From contig CM119385.1 of NCBI GenBank assembly GCA_051294905.1, positions 22,258,001-22,322,000 of the forward strand: DNA of 64,000 nt. The letters run 5' to 3'. Numbering within the stretch: position 1 is the stretch's first letter; each line of letters starts with the position of its first letter. Shown here piece after piece: positions 13,542-22,716 of the stretch. The position numbers and the translations under genes are program-made. Source of the DNA: Botryllus schlosseri (Eukaryota). The notes under the pieces were generated by a model that worked only from the letters and a program-made list of their open reading frames with translations, was not told the origin of the DNA and ran no database searches.

Positions 13542-15815
13542 ATGAACACAGTATACCCTCAGCCAGGCTACGGTCAACCTCCGCCAGTTTACAACCCGTA
13601 TCCGCCGCCAGCGCCTGCACCAAGTAAGAATTTACAGCACCGTCGAATGCCTTTCTCTGAGAGTTCCTGTAATGAAGGAAATCTCAACTATGCCTGCTGG
13701 ATGGATAGAGCAAATGTAGCTTAGTCATCTCCACGCCATGTCCAGGTGCGATGCCGGGGTTATGAGCCATAAATTGGAAGTGTATAATAACGATCTTCCC
13801 TATAGTTACAATATTATTTTCAACGGAAAATCTAAATTAATTGTGTTGCCTATGATCTTCAATGGCGATAGAAGCGAGTTCATGCTCATAGCTAAATGAA
13901 TTCTTGATTTAGCATCGTCACATAAGCACATATAGTAGATTACAAACACCGAGAGGTTCAGGCTATAGGCAACGTTGAATACCAATTTCTGAAAATGAGG
14001 CTCAAATAGGATATCATTCATCTATTCTTGTGTGCTTGGAAAACAATGCAGCGGTCAATCAATTGGACACTGCTATATCCGTTATTTGAGATCGTTAACC
14101 ATAAATTTCATATTGAAAATAATATATACAGTATACACCCATCAGTCTACTGCGAGGAACAGTAGTATCACTGAAGCATTTTACAGTTCTGCAAGCGCCT
14201 GTTTCGACGTCAAACAACCAAACCATAGTCCAAGCACCTGCACCGGCAGCTCCCACAGTCATTATGGCTGGGACGGGGTCAGGGGGTAACTCAGGCACAG
14301 AAGCTCGATTCAGTGCTGGAAGCTGTACCAGATGCGGGTGGGTATAATCTGAGGTGGTCGCTAATGAAGAATACTTCTAGGTCTACTTGTAGTATATTTT
14401 GCCTAGTTGTACTACTTCCTTAAGTGGTTTTGTTTTAGATTATTTCTACTTGACAATTTTCTTTTTCCTAGGTGAAGCAAGGCCTGGAGTACTTATTGTT
14501 TCACTTACACTACTTTTTCTTGTTCTCCAGTAGAAATTGAGGACGGTACTTCTACTTCTACTTGAGTTCCAAGGATACTACGTTTACCCCTTATACGTAT
14601 AATATTATATATAAATCAATTTCAATCAAATAATTTGTGTATACTGAGATAAACCCAAGTATTTTCGGCTGCCACTCGTCAGGGTCCAGTCAGCCACTAG
14701 ACTATAGTAGAGAACTGAAAAGAAGATTGCTTATCATATTTCGTGATACGATTGTTGATATGCAATGTTCTTTTCGATTCTCTACCAGTCGCTGACGATT
14801 ATCCTCGACGAGTGTCAGCCGAAAATATTCTGGTCTATTTCAATACCAAGATAATGTTCAATTGTACATTGAAGTTCTGTACCTCCAAGAAGCTCTTTAG
14901 ATTAATTCCATAACATGTATCGTATGCCAGAGGTTTGAAATCTTGTCAAATCTTGTCAAATGCAGAGTTGGACAATTGGAATATTTTAACCTTTTCCAAA
15001 TTTGAATGGAATAGGATTATAGCTACGCTGTTTTTTTAAATTGGATTAGAATTAGAATAATTAAATTCGAAAAAATTTGGCGATTGAATAAATTTTCTAC
15101 TTAGAAAGAAATACTACAAAAATCAAGTTTAGTTCAAATCAAATCAGAGCTCATTCTCAGAAGCATGAGAATGGCAAATGCCTGAACACCAATCTTGGCC
15201 CGTTTCGTATTATACTAATCTGCTGTCGGATTATCTGTAAAACCTGAAATTAGATTCGAATTAAATTAGGAGCATATAGACTAGGGTTACCATACATCCT
15301 CTTTTAAGAGGATTTGTCCTCTTTTTTGACTTTGTTGAAAGTGTCCTCGGAGGACGCCCTTTTGTCCTCTTTTTTGAGATTTTGTCCTCATTTTTGAAAA
15401 TTTAGGCCATATTTAGAGCAAAATGCGATTGCTATGCCGTACATTAGCACAGAAGTGACGCTCCGGCTGGGCGAAAAGTAGTTGACCTTTTTTTTTGTCA
15501 ACCACCTGGCAATGTGGAGAGACAAATTTATTCAGAAGTGTATTACAGGCATTTCGCTCCAATGAGTCTACTCATACAACTAGAATTATCTGGTCGTCCA
15601 AGTGCGCTACACGGCTTGCTTTCCGGATAAACCTCCAATAGGTGCGATCTACCCAGGCTTATTTCTTTGCTTATTGCAGAGGCGAGATCGGGCCGGGGCC
15701 TTTCACGACAAACGGCATTCTGTGCGCTATCTGTTGCTTCCCGTGCGGCATTATATGCTGTCTCAAATGGAAGAACAAAAAGTGCAAATCGTGCGGGAGG
15801 GTATTCAAAAGCTGA
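13542..15815 (+). CDS. BRI3: BRI3/DUF2367-like protein, divergent paralog 2 (3 exons, 122 aa)
   Basis: Exons 13542-13623 (MNTVYPQPGYGQPPPVYNPYPPPAPAP), 14187-14337 (ILQAPVSTSNNQTIVQ...ARFSAGSCTRCG) and 15680-15815 (GEIGPGPFTTNGILCAICCFPCGIICCLKWKNKKCKSCGRVFKS*). Same intron phases as the other copies. Confidence 0.92.
14625..14900. repeat. Inverted pair of PLE terminal repeats with degenerate hammerhead cores (paralog 2, intron 2)
   Basis: Minus copy near 14653-14685 (CTGACGA gtggcagcc GAAA atac TT gggt) and plus copy near 14801-14834 (TCGACGA gtgtcagcc GAAA atat TC tggt). Confidence 0.75.
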
Positions 15816-16540
15816 AGCTGAAGATCCGCTCACCTGACCTTAGCGATTATGAACAACCGTTATGGTAATCGCGGATATTTGTCAGTCGCGTTTGAAAAAA
15901 TAAATGCAAATAAAATGCATGCTTCGGATGTTTTAGATGTCGCTAGGTAGAGCCAAAGATATCGAGATTTTAGCAGCGACCCAGTTCAATATGAGGTAGG
16001 ACAAAATGGATTACCTGAGTGATTCTCTTCTGAACCGATGTTAGGCGCCTAGTCGACTATTCGAGCATCACTAACTACGACGCCATAGGAGTATCGCGGA
16101 TGTGGAAAGTTCAAGCATGTACAATGTACATTGTCCATATCCGACTGCAAAGAACTAACGTCAGTTTTACGCCAATAAAGATGCTTGGTATATTTTCGAC
16201 CATGCCATATTGCATTGCACTTTATGACAACGCTGTGAATTGATCACCACTTCGCAGAAATGTCATTTCCACAAACGTGCGTAGCTTTGCACATTGTATT
16301 ACATGTGTGGAAGACCTCCTGATATTGTAGATGTAAAGAGATACATACAGCAGTCGTTTTCAGAGTGCTTTATCATAGCCTACGTCCTCCCGACACCAGC
16401 CAGCATAGAAAATAACGAAGCATGCTCTGTCATGTGTCCACCAAGTGTCCATGCTACCTAGTCGTAATCAGACACTTGGTGGCCTCAGCAATAATAACAC
16501 TACCACAATAAACAATGATAACAAATACACCCCTATTGGG

Positions 16541-17588
16541 CAGATATGAGCGGATTTGGAATTTCTATGTCCTAATCCAATCTAAATCCGACCAGGGATT
16601 AGGATTAGCAGAGATTAGCATGGATTAGGATTTGAAAAAATGAACTTATGAAATTTTGTCGGATATGGATTGGATATTTTTTTTTCTGAACGGATTAGGA
16701 TTTGGAGTGGATTTACCGATTTTCATATGTCGTGTGGTGAAAGGCGACAAACTTTATTCAGATCAGTTAATAATGTACTTATGGTACACTACACTATGGT
16801 ACACTCGGTGCCAATGAATTTGAGAGGTGCAGACCTATGCCAAGTTATCTTTAATCAAGAGAATTGTTGGTTATGAAAGAAAAATGTCCACTTCCTCCCT
16901 TGCATAAATTAGCATTTTTACTGAATTTCAAGTTATGATCGGATTAGGATTGGACCAGTGATGAGCATCGGAGTGGAGTCGGAGTGGATTCGGAGCGGAG
17001 TTTTGTCGAGTTTGTGACAGTTGGAGCGGAGTCGGAGTTTACTACAGATATTTTTTCGGAGAATTTCGGAGTATTGTAACTTTTGTCTCTGATATCTCTG
17101 GATAGCTCTGACCAGAATACACTCTTGATTATGATTACAAACCAAAACACAGACAGTTGACACCTTGTAAAGTTGTAATATGACTGGTAACAGGCAAAAA
17201 TGATTGCCAAGTGCCTAAAAATCAGCCATCTGCACTACAATTGGGGACTGAAGAGTAAAAAATACTATAAGGCCAACCATATGATCACATTAATTTAGTA
17301 AAACACATTACCAAGTGTACCATGCTTGCCACTGTTTCGAAAACTTGACGAGATTCATCGGAGTATCTCGGAGTCTGGGATTGAGCTCTTCGGAGTCGAA
17401 GGGAGTTTTCCTCAGACACTAAAGTTGTCGGAGGGATTGGGAGTCTCGAAAAGAACTATCCGCTCATCACTGGATTGGACACGGATTTGAATATGTGCTA
17501 AAGTTCTGGATTAGAATTTGGATTATGATTTTAAGTTTCGGATTCGGACTGGATTAGGACATAGAAATTCCAAACCCGCTCATATCTG
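16541..17588. mobile_element. hAT MITE with nested MITE at 16956-17472
   Basis: Outer TIR CAGATATGAGCGG, TSD CTATTGGG / CTAATGGG. Inner TIR CAGTGATGAGC, perfect TSD GATTGGAC. Confidence 0.88.
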
Positions 17589-18011
17589 CTAATGGGTGGG
17601 TTGCCACACATGTTTCGCATGCTTTGGTGCAGCCATTCGATGTTCCAACGCTTTCAAGGCGGGAAAAAAGTATCGAAACTATAATTGTCGTTAATATCTC
17701 TTACTGGAATTGGCGTATATGTATCCAGTTGTCGAAAAAAAAACGACATCTCACTGCTCGACGTGAAGTATCGCCATTATTACTCCCTAAGGCTTTTTTG
17801 TCTTTATTGTCCTTAAGCTTAATACATTTTTAAATCGAAGCTACTATCGCGCTTTCAGCTGTTCTAAATAAAAATATTTCCCTAGCAAAACCTTAGTTGA
17901 ATCAGTCCAGACTAGGTTACTTTCAGTCGCAATAACAGCTGGCATATAGCTCGTAAAATTTATTTCCGTTTCGCGAGTATCATTGGGAATCTATTATCAC
18001 TACACAAAGTC

Positions 18012-18165
18012 TGTAGTGATATGAGCCATACTGAGAGACTACTCGCTACAGCGATGGCACATGCTGGAGGCGGATGCTTATTATTGTTATTGTGAATTCA
18101 TTGAATAAAGCTGAGCTTGTGCTTTGGTTAATAAACGCCGCTGTAGATAAGCAGATATCTTGACA
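18012..18165 (+). repeat. 5' LTR (154 bp)
   Basis: Starts TGTAGT and ends TGACA; contains AATAAA twice; identical to the 3' LTR by eye. Confidence 0.97.
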
Positions 18166-18178
18166 TGGTGGCAGCGGT
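18166..18178 (+). promoter_or_regulatory. Primer-binding site, complementary to the tRNA-Leu (AAG/TAG type) 3' end
   Basis: TGGTGGCAGCGGT immediately after the 5' LTR; complementary to ...ACCGCTGCCACCA, the 3' end of metazoan tRNA-Leu as recalled. Confidence 0.85.
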
Positions 18179-18270
18179 AAACGTGTAAAGACAAGTCAGC
18201 GTGAAGATTGATTCCGAGAGACTCCAGTGTGCCTGCGGGTAGACAGAGAAGCGAGTTCCGGTAAGAAACA

Positions 18271-21200
18271 ATGGCGAATCCGATTCCGAAGATGGACTGG
18301 GGATATGACCCCCTCTCCGAGGCTCTGGAAACGTTCCAGGATATGATAAATGTATACTTCGAGCTGAATGCCACTACGAATAACGCCAAGAAAGCCGCGA
18401 CCATAATGATGGGATTAGGCGATGAAGGCGCCAGAAGAGTACGACAATCGGGACTGTCCGCCGATGACAGGAAAGTGCCCGAACGAATATGGGAACTACT
18501 CAAACTGGAGATCGATACAAGTGACAGAGTGAGCTACAGAGTTCACAGATTAGAATTTGCGAAGCTATGTCAGTTGAAGGATGAGTCACTGACCGACTTT
18601 GTCCACAGAATCAGGAAAAAAGCTAAGAAATGTGATTTTGAAGACAATGAAGTAGAAGAGAGATTGGTGGAAAGAATCGTTGCATCCACCCCAATCGAGA
18701 AACTAAGAGTGAAGATCTTGAAGAAACAGAAAGGCTTCACGACTAAGGAAGCCCTGCAGTTGGGTTTGGAATTGGAAGCGCTACACACATACAACAGTAG
18801 CCATGATGCTCCCGAAGGAGCGACTTCAAGTATTGACGTAATACGCAAAGGAGATAGAGACAAGGCCTGCAACAAATGCGGACTATCACACGGTTGGAAA
18901 TGCCCAGCATTTAGATCTCGCTGTAACTATTGCGAAAACTATGGCCACTGGGAGGATTTCTGCGCAACGAAGAAGCGTGATAATGACGGCAATGCGAGAA
19001 ACAAGCAACACGAGAGCAACCAACGTAAGGCTCCGAGAAAGTCAAAGAAACATCAAAAGAGTCGACATACTCGACAATCAGAAGTAAAAGTGTATGACAC
19101 AGATAGCAGCAGTACCGACTGTCAAAACCCCGATAGTGATGATGACCAAACGAACACAATTTCATCGATCACCATTGGAGCTGTAAACGACTGCAAGAAC
19201 AAACAGGGTAAGGAAGCATACACCAGGATTAAATTCAAGCATATGAACCCAAAGTTGACTGGGAGCTGGAAGATCAAGGTCGACACTGGCGCTGGAGCAA
19301 ACACTCTTCCAAGACGACTTTTCAAGGAAATATTCGGGGAATTCAATCCGACCCCGTTACAACCAGAACCCAATGTTTTGCTAAAGAACTACTCCGGTTC
19401 GCGTATTGAGTGCTTTGGATCGATAAGTCTCCGCATCAAACGGCCACATGGCAAGAAGTATCGTAAGGATAAATTCTATGTGGTCGACACTGACGGTCCC
19501 GGCATCCTGGGCCTGCCCACCTGCGAGGCACTCAATCTTGTAACACTGAATCTGGACACATGCAGTGTCATGGACAAAGCTCCTCATACAGAGCAGACGC
19601 CGCCTAGAGTGGATACCATTGAGGACCTGAAAAAATGTTTTCCAGACTGCTTTGATGGCATTGGCAACTTTAAGGGTGAAGAAACTCTGCACATACACAC
19701 AAACGCAGAACCGTTCCAAGATGCTCCGCGGAAATGCCCAATCCATATTAAGGATCAAATCAAGCAAGAACTCGATAAGATGGAGACCCTGGGGATTATA
19801 CGGAAAGTCACCAAACATACTGACTGGTGCTCTTCGCTCACTGTGGCAATGAAGGCAGATAAGACACTGCGAGTCTGCCTTGATCCAAGACGCCTTAACG
19901 AAGCGCTGAAGAGAAATCCACACAAGATCCCTACAGTCGAAGAACTCCTACCAGAATTCAGCAAGTCAAAAGTATTTTCTAAGCTTGATGCTAAATCTGG
20001 ATACTGGAGTGTGAAGTTATCACCAGCCTCACAAGAACTGACGACATTTCGAAGCCCCCTTGGCGACAAATACTGTTTCTTGCGCCTACCATTCGGGCTC
20101 AATGTATCACAGGATATATTCCAAGCCAAAATGGATGCTATCATTGCCCAATGCGAAGGTTGTGTTGGCATATCTGATGATATTGTGATACACGGAAAAG
20201 ACAATGACGAACATGACAGGCGACTGAGACACTTCTTGTACACTGCGAAAAAAGAGGGTCTCATGCTCAATTCCAAGAAATGTTGCATCAAGACCAACTG
20301 CATCTCGTTCTTCGGAAGACTCCTGACTGATCATGGTGTAAAACCTGACCCGACAAAAGTCAGTGACATAACCGGCATGCCGACACCACGAAACAAGCAG
20401 GACCTACAAACATTCCTAGGCATGGCACAATTCCTAGCCTGTCACATTCCAAACTTTTCGAAAACAAGTGCGTCATTGAGAGACCTCTGCAAAAAGGATA
20501 TAACATTTCTCTGGAATGAAGATCACCAGCACGCCTTTGAGCAGATCAAGAAAGCAATCACTGACAGCCACATCCTGCAATACTACGATCCTACTTCACC
20601 GGTCACTCTGGAAGTGGATGCATCGCTAAAAGGATTGGGAAGCTCGCTGGTTCAAGGTGAGCGAGTGGTCGCTTTCGCAAGCAAAGCTCTGACGCCAAGT
20701 GAGTCAAATTACAGTAATATTGAGCGAGAGTGCCTAGCAATTCTGTATGGCATAAAAAGATTTCACCATTATCTGTTTGGCCGCCACTTCAAGGTCATTA
20801 CCGACCACAAACCGCTTGAAATGATATTCAAAAAACCGATATACTGTGCACCCCCTCGCTTACAGAGAATAATATCGCAAACACTAGGCTACGACTTTGT
20901 GGTATCCTATAGACCTGGACCCGGCATGGTGCTCGCTGATGCACTCTCGCGTCTACCAAACCAAAAAGACGAGACTGCAACTCTCGACCACAGTGCAAAC
21001 ACAGTACCTATCAGCTGCATAAGTGATATGCCCATTGACTTCTTGTGTTTTTCAAGTGTGAAGCAATCGCAGATACAACAGCAAACTGCCACAGATCCGA
21101 TCTTGAAAACCGTTGCCGAAACCATACACATTGGTTGGCCCGACACGATTCAAGAGGTACCTTCGGACATACGAGAGTACTGGAACTACAGGGATGAGCT

Positions 21201-22338
21201 AGCCCTTGAAAACGGCATAATATTCAAAGGAAATCAGACAGTCGTTCCAACATGTCTGCGATCAGATATATTACAACAACTGCATGAGAGTCACCAGGGC
21301 ATCGAGAAGACAAGAAGACTTGCCAGGGAATATGTATATTGGCCTGGAATCAACAACGACATTTCAACACTCTGCAAGTCATGCGAATCATGCCAGGAGC
21401 TCCTACCAGAACAAACAAAACAACCGATGAAGATGCATGAACGCCCACCAAGACCTTGGGTGAAACTCGGAACTGACATTTTCGAGATCAAAGGTAGGAA
21501 CTTTCTGATCATTTCAGACTACTTTTCCAGATACCCCATCGTGCAAGAATTACGATCGATCACATCGAAATCCGTCGTCAACAAAACGAAAAGGATCCTG
21601 AGCTTATTTGGAAGCGTCAAAGAAATAGTCAGTGACGGTGGACCTTGTTACCTCAGCCAATACGACAAATTCTGTGATGAATGGGGCATCACGCACACAA
21701 CCAGCTCACCCCGACACAGCAGATCCAATGGCTTCATCGAAAGACAGATAGGATATCTCAAACCTATCATCAAGAAATGTATCAAGACTGGAGGAGATAT
21801 CCAGGCAGCGTTACTCAATGTCCGGGCAACACCTCTCGACAATGTGCTGCCCAGCCCTGCTGAACTGCTATTTGGCCGCCGCATCACAACGAAGCTGCCT
21901 ACTCATGATATCATCTCAACACCTCAGGTATACAGAGACAAGGTTGACCGGATAGTGGAAAACCAGAAGAAATACGCCGATCAGCACACTAAAGAACTTC
22001 CACTACTGCACCATGGACAAAATGTACGGGTGCTGGACAAACAAGATAAAGTTTGGAAGCCCGCGACCATATTATCGCGTGAAAGTGACCGAAGATACAC
22101 GGTACAAATGGCAACAGGACGACAGCTTGTCAGAAATCGGGCCTACTTGAGAAATGTGGAAACATGTGCCACGGAGCAAACCTTGACAAACGTTGTGGAC
22201 ACGTCAAGCACATCCATACCGATAGAACAAGAAGACAGCACACCATCCTCAAGCGCCTTGAACACAAGCATACAGACTACCAGATCCGGCCGAGCTGTAC
22301 GCAAACCGAAACGCTACATCGACGATGACGAAAACTGA
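18271..22338 (+). CDS. Gag-Pol polyprotein (zinc knuckles, protease, RT, RNase H, integrase), 1355 aa
   Basis: Cys/His knuckles CNKCGLSH..CNYCENYGHWEDFC; protease VDTGA; RT KLDAKSGYW, RLPFGL, ISDD; RNase H EVDAS, IEREC, TDHKPL; integrase H..H..C..C and GTD/SDG/IER. Domain order is Gypsy-type. Confidence 0.97.
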   Translation: MANPIPKMDWGYDPLSEALETFQDMINVYFELNATTNNAKKAATIMMGLGDEGARRVRQSGLSADDRKVPERIWELLKLEIDTSDRVSYRVHRLEFAKLCQLKDESLTDFVHRIRKKAKKCDFEDNEVEERLVERIVASTPIEKLRVKILKKQKGFTTKEALQLGLELEALHTYNSSHDAPEGATSSIDVIRKGDRDKACNKCGLSHGWKCPAFRSRCNYCENYGHWEDFCATKKRDNDGNARNKQHESNQRKAPRKSKKHQKSRHTRQSEVKVYDTDSSSTDCQNPDSDDDQTNTISSITIGAVNDCKNKQGKEAYTRIKFKHMNPKLTGSWKIKVDTGAGANTLPRRLFKEIFGEFNPTPLQPEPNVLLKNYSGSRIECFGSISLRIKRPHGKKYRKDKFYVVDTDGPGILGLPTCEALNLVTLNLDTCSVMDKAPHTEQTPPRVDTIEDLKKCFPDCFDGIGNFKGEETLHIHTNAEPFQDAPRKCPIHIKDQIKQELDKMETLGIIRKVTKHTDWCSSLTVAMKADKTLRVCLDPRRLNEALKRNPHKIPTVEELLPEFSKSKVFSKLDAKSGYWSVKLSPASQELTTFRSPLGDKYCFLRLPFGLNVSQDIFQAKMDAIIAQCEGCVGISDDIVIHGKDNDEHDRRLRHFLYTAKKEGLMLNSKKCCIKTNCISFFGRLLTDHGVKPDPTKVSDITGMPTPRNKQDLQTFLGMAQFLACHIPNFSKTSASLRDLCKKDITFLWNEDHQHAFEQIKKAITDSHILQYYDPTSPVTLEVDASLKGLGSSLVQGERVVAFASKALTPSESNYSNIERECLAILYGIKRFHHYLFGRHFKVITDHKPLEMIFKKPIYCAPPRLQRIISQTLGYDFVVSYRPGPGMVLADALSRLPNQKDETATLDHSANTVPISCISDMPIDFLCFSSVKQSQIQQQTATDPILKTVAETIHIGWPDTIQEVPSDIREYWNYRDELALENGIIFKGNQTVVPTCLRSDILQQLHESHQGIEKTRRLAREYVYWPGINNDISTLCKSCESCQELLPEQTKQPMKMHERPPRPWVKLGTDIFEIKGRNFLIISDYFSRYPIVQELRSITSKSVVNKTKRILSLFGSVKEIVSDGGPCYLSQYDKFCDEWGITHTTSSPRHSRSNGFIERQIGYLKPIIKKCIKTGGDIQAALLNVRATPLDNVLPSPAELLFGRRITTKLPTHDIISTPQVYRDKVDRIVENQKKYADQHTKELPLLHHGQNVRVLDKQDKVWKPATILSRESDRRYTVQMATGRQLVRNRAYLRNVETCATEQTLTNVVDTSSTSIPIEQEDSTPSSSALNTSIQTTRSGRAVRKPKRYIDDDEN

Positions 22339-22348
22339 AAGAGGAGGA
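22337..22348 (+). promoter_or_regulatory. Polypurine tract
   Basis: GAAAGAGGAGGA directly before the 3' LTR. Confidence 0.9.
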
Positions 22349-22502
22349 TGTAGTGATATGAGCCATACTGAGAGACTACTCGCTACAGCGATGGCACATG
22401 CTGGAGGCGGATGCTTATTATTGTTATTGTGAATTCATTGAATAAAGCTGAGCTTGTGCTTTGGTTAATAAACGCCGCTGTAGATAAGCAGATATCTTGA
22501 CA
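22349..22502 (+). repeat. 3' LTR (154 bp)
   Basis: Copy of the 5' LTR, preceded by the PPT and followed by the TSD. Confidence 0.97.
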
Positions 22503-22716
22503 AAGTCAATATATCAACAGCAGATGTCCTTGTCAATATAACATATTATATAGTGAAGCATGTCAATATTCACTACCAACGTCACACTATACGTATCCAT
22601 GTGAACTAGAAAAATCAGTCGGCTGACCCATCCATACCAATAAATGCACGTGGTTAAATTGTGATATCGAGTGGGTTCATATCATGCCTGGTCGCCGAGT
22701 CGCCTTTTGATGTGAT

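Larger units (their letters stand above)
18012..22502 (+). mobile_element. Full-length Ty3/Gypsy LTR retrotransposon (Mag-like), 4491 bp
   Basis: Identical TG...CA LTRs at 18012-18165 and 22349-22502, 5-bp TSD AAGTC (18007-18011 and 22503-22507), PBS, PPT and one intact gag-pol ORF. Confidence 0.97.

Noticed and set aside
18087-21887. Antisense and alternate-frame ORFs over gag-pol
   Set aside because: Shadow ORFs of the long coding frame, with no motifs.
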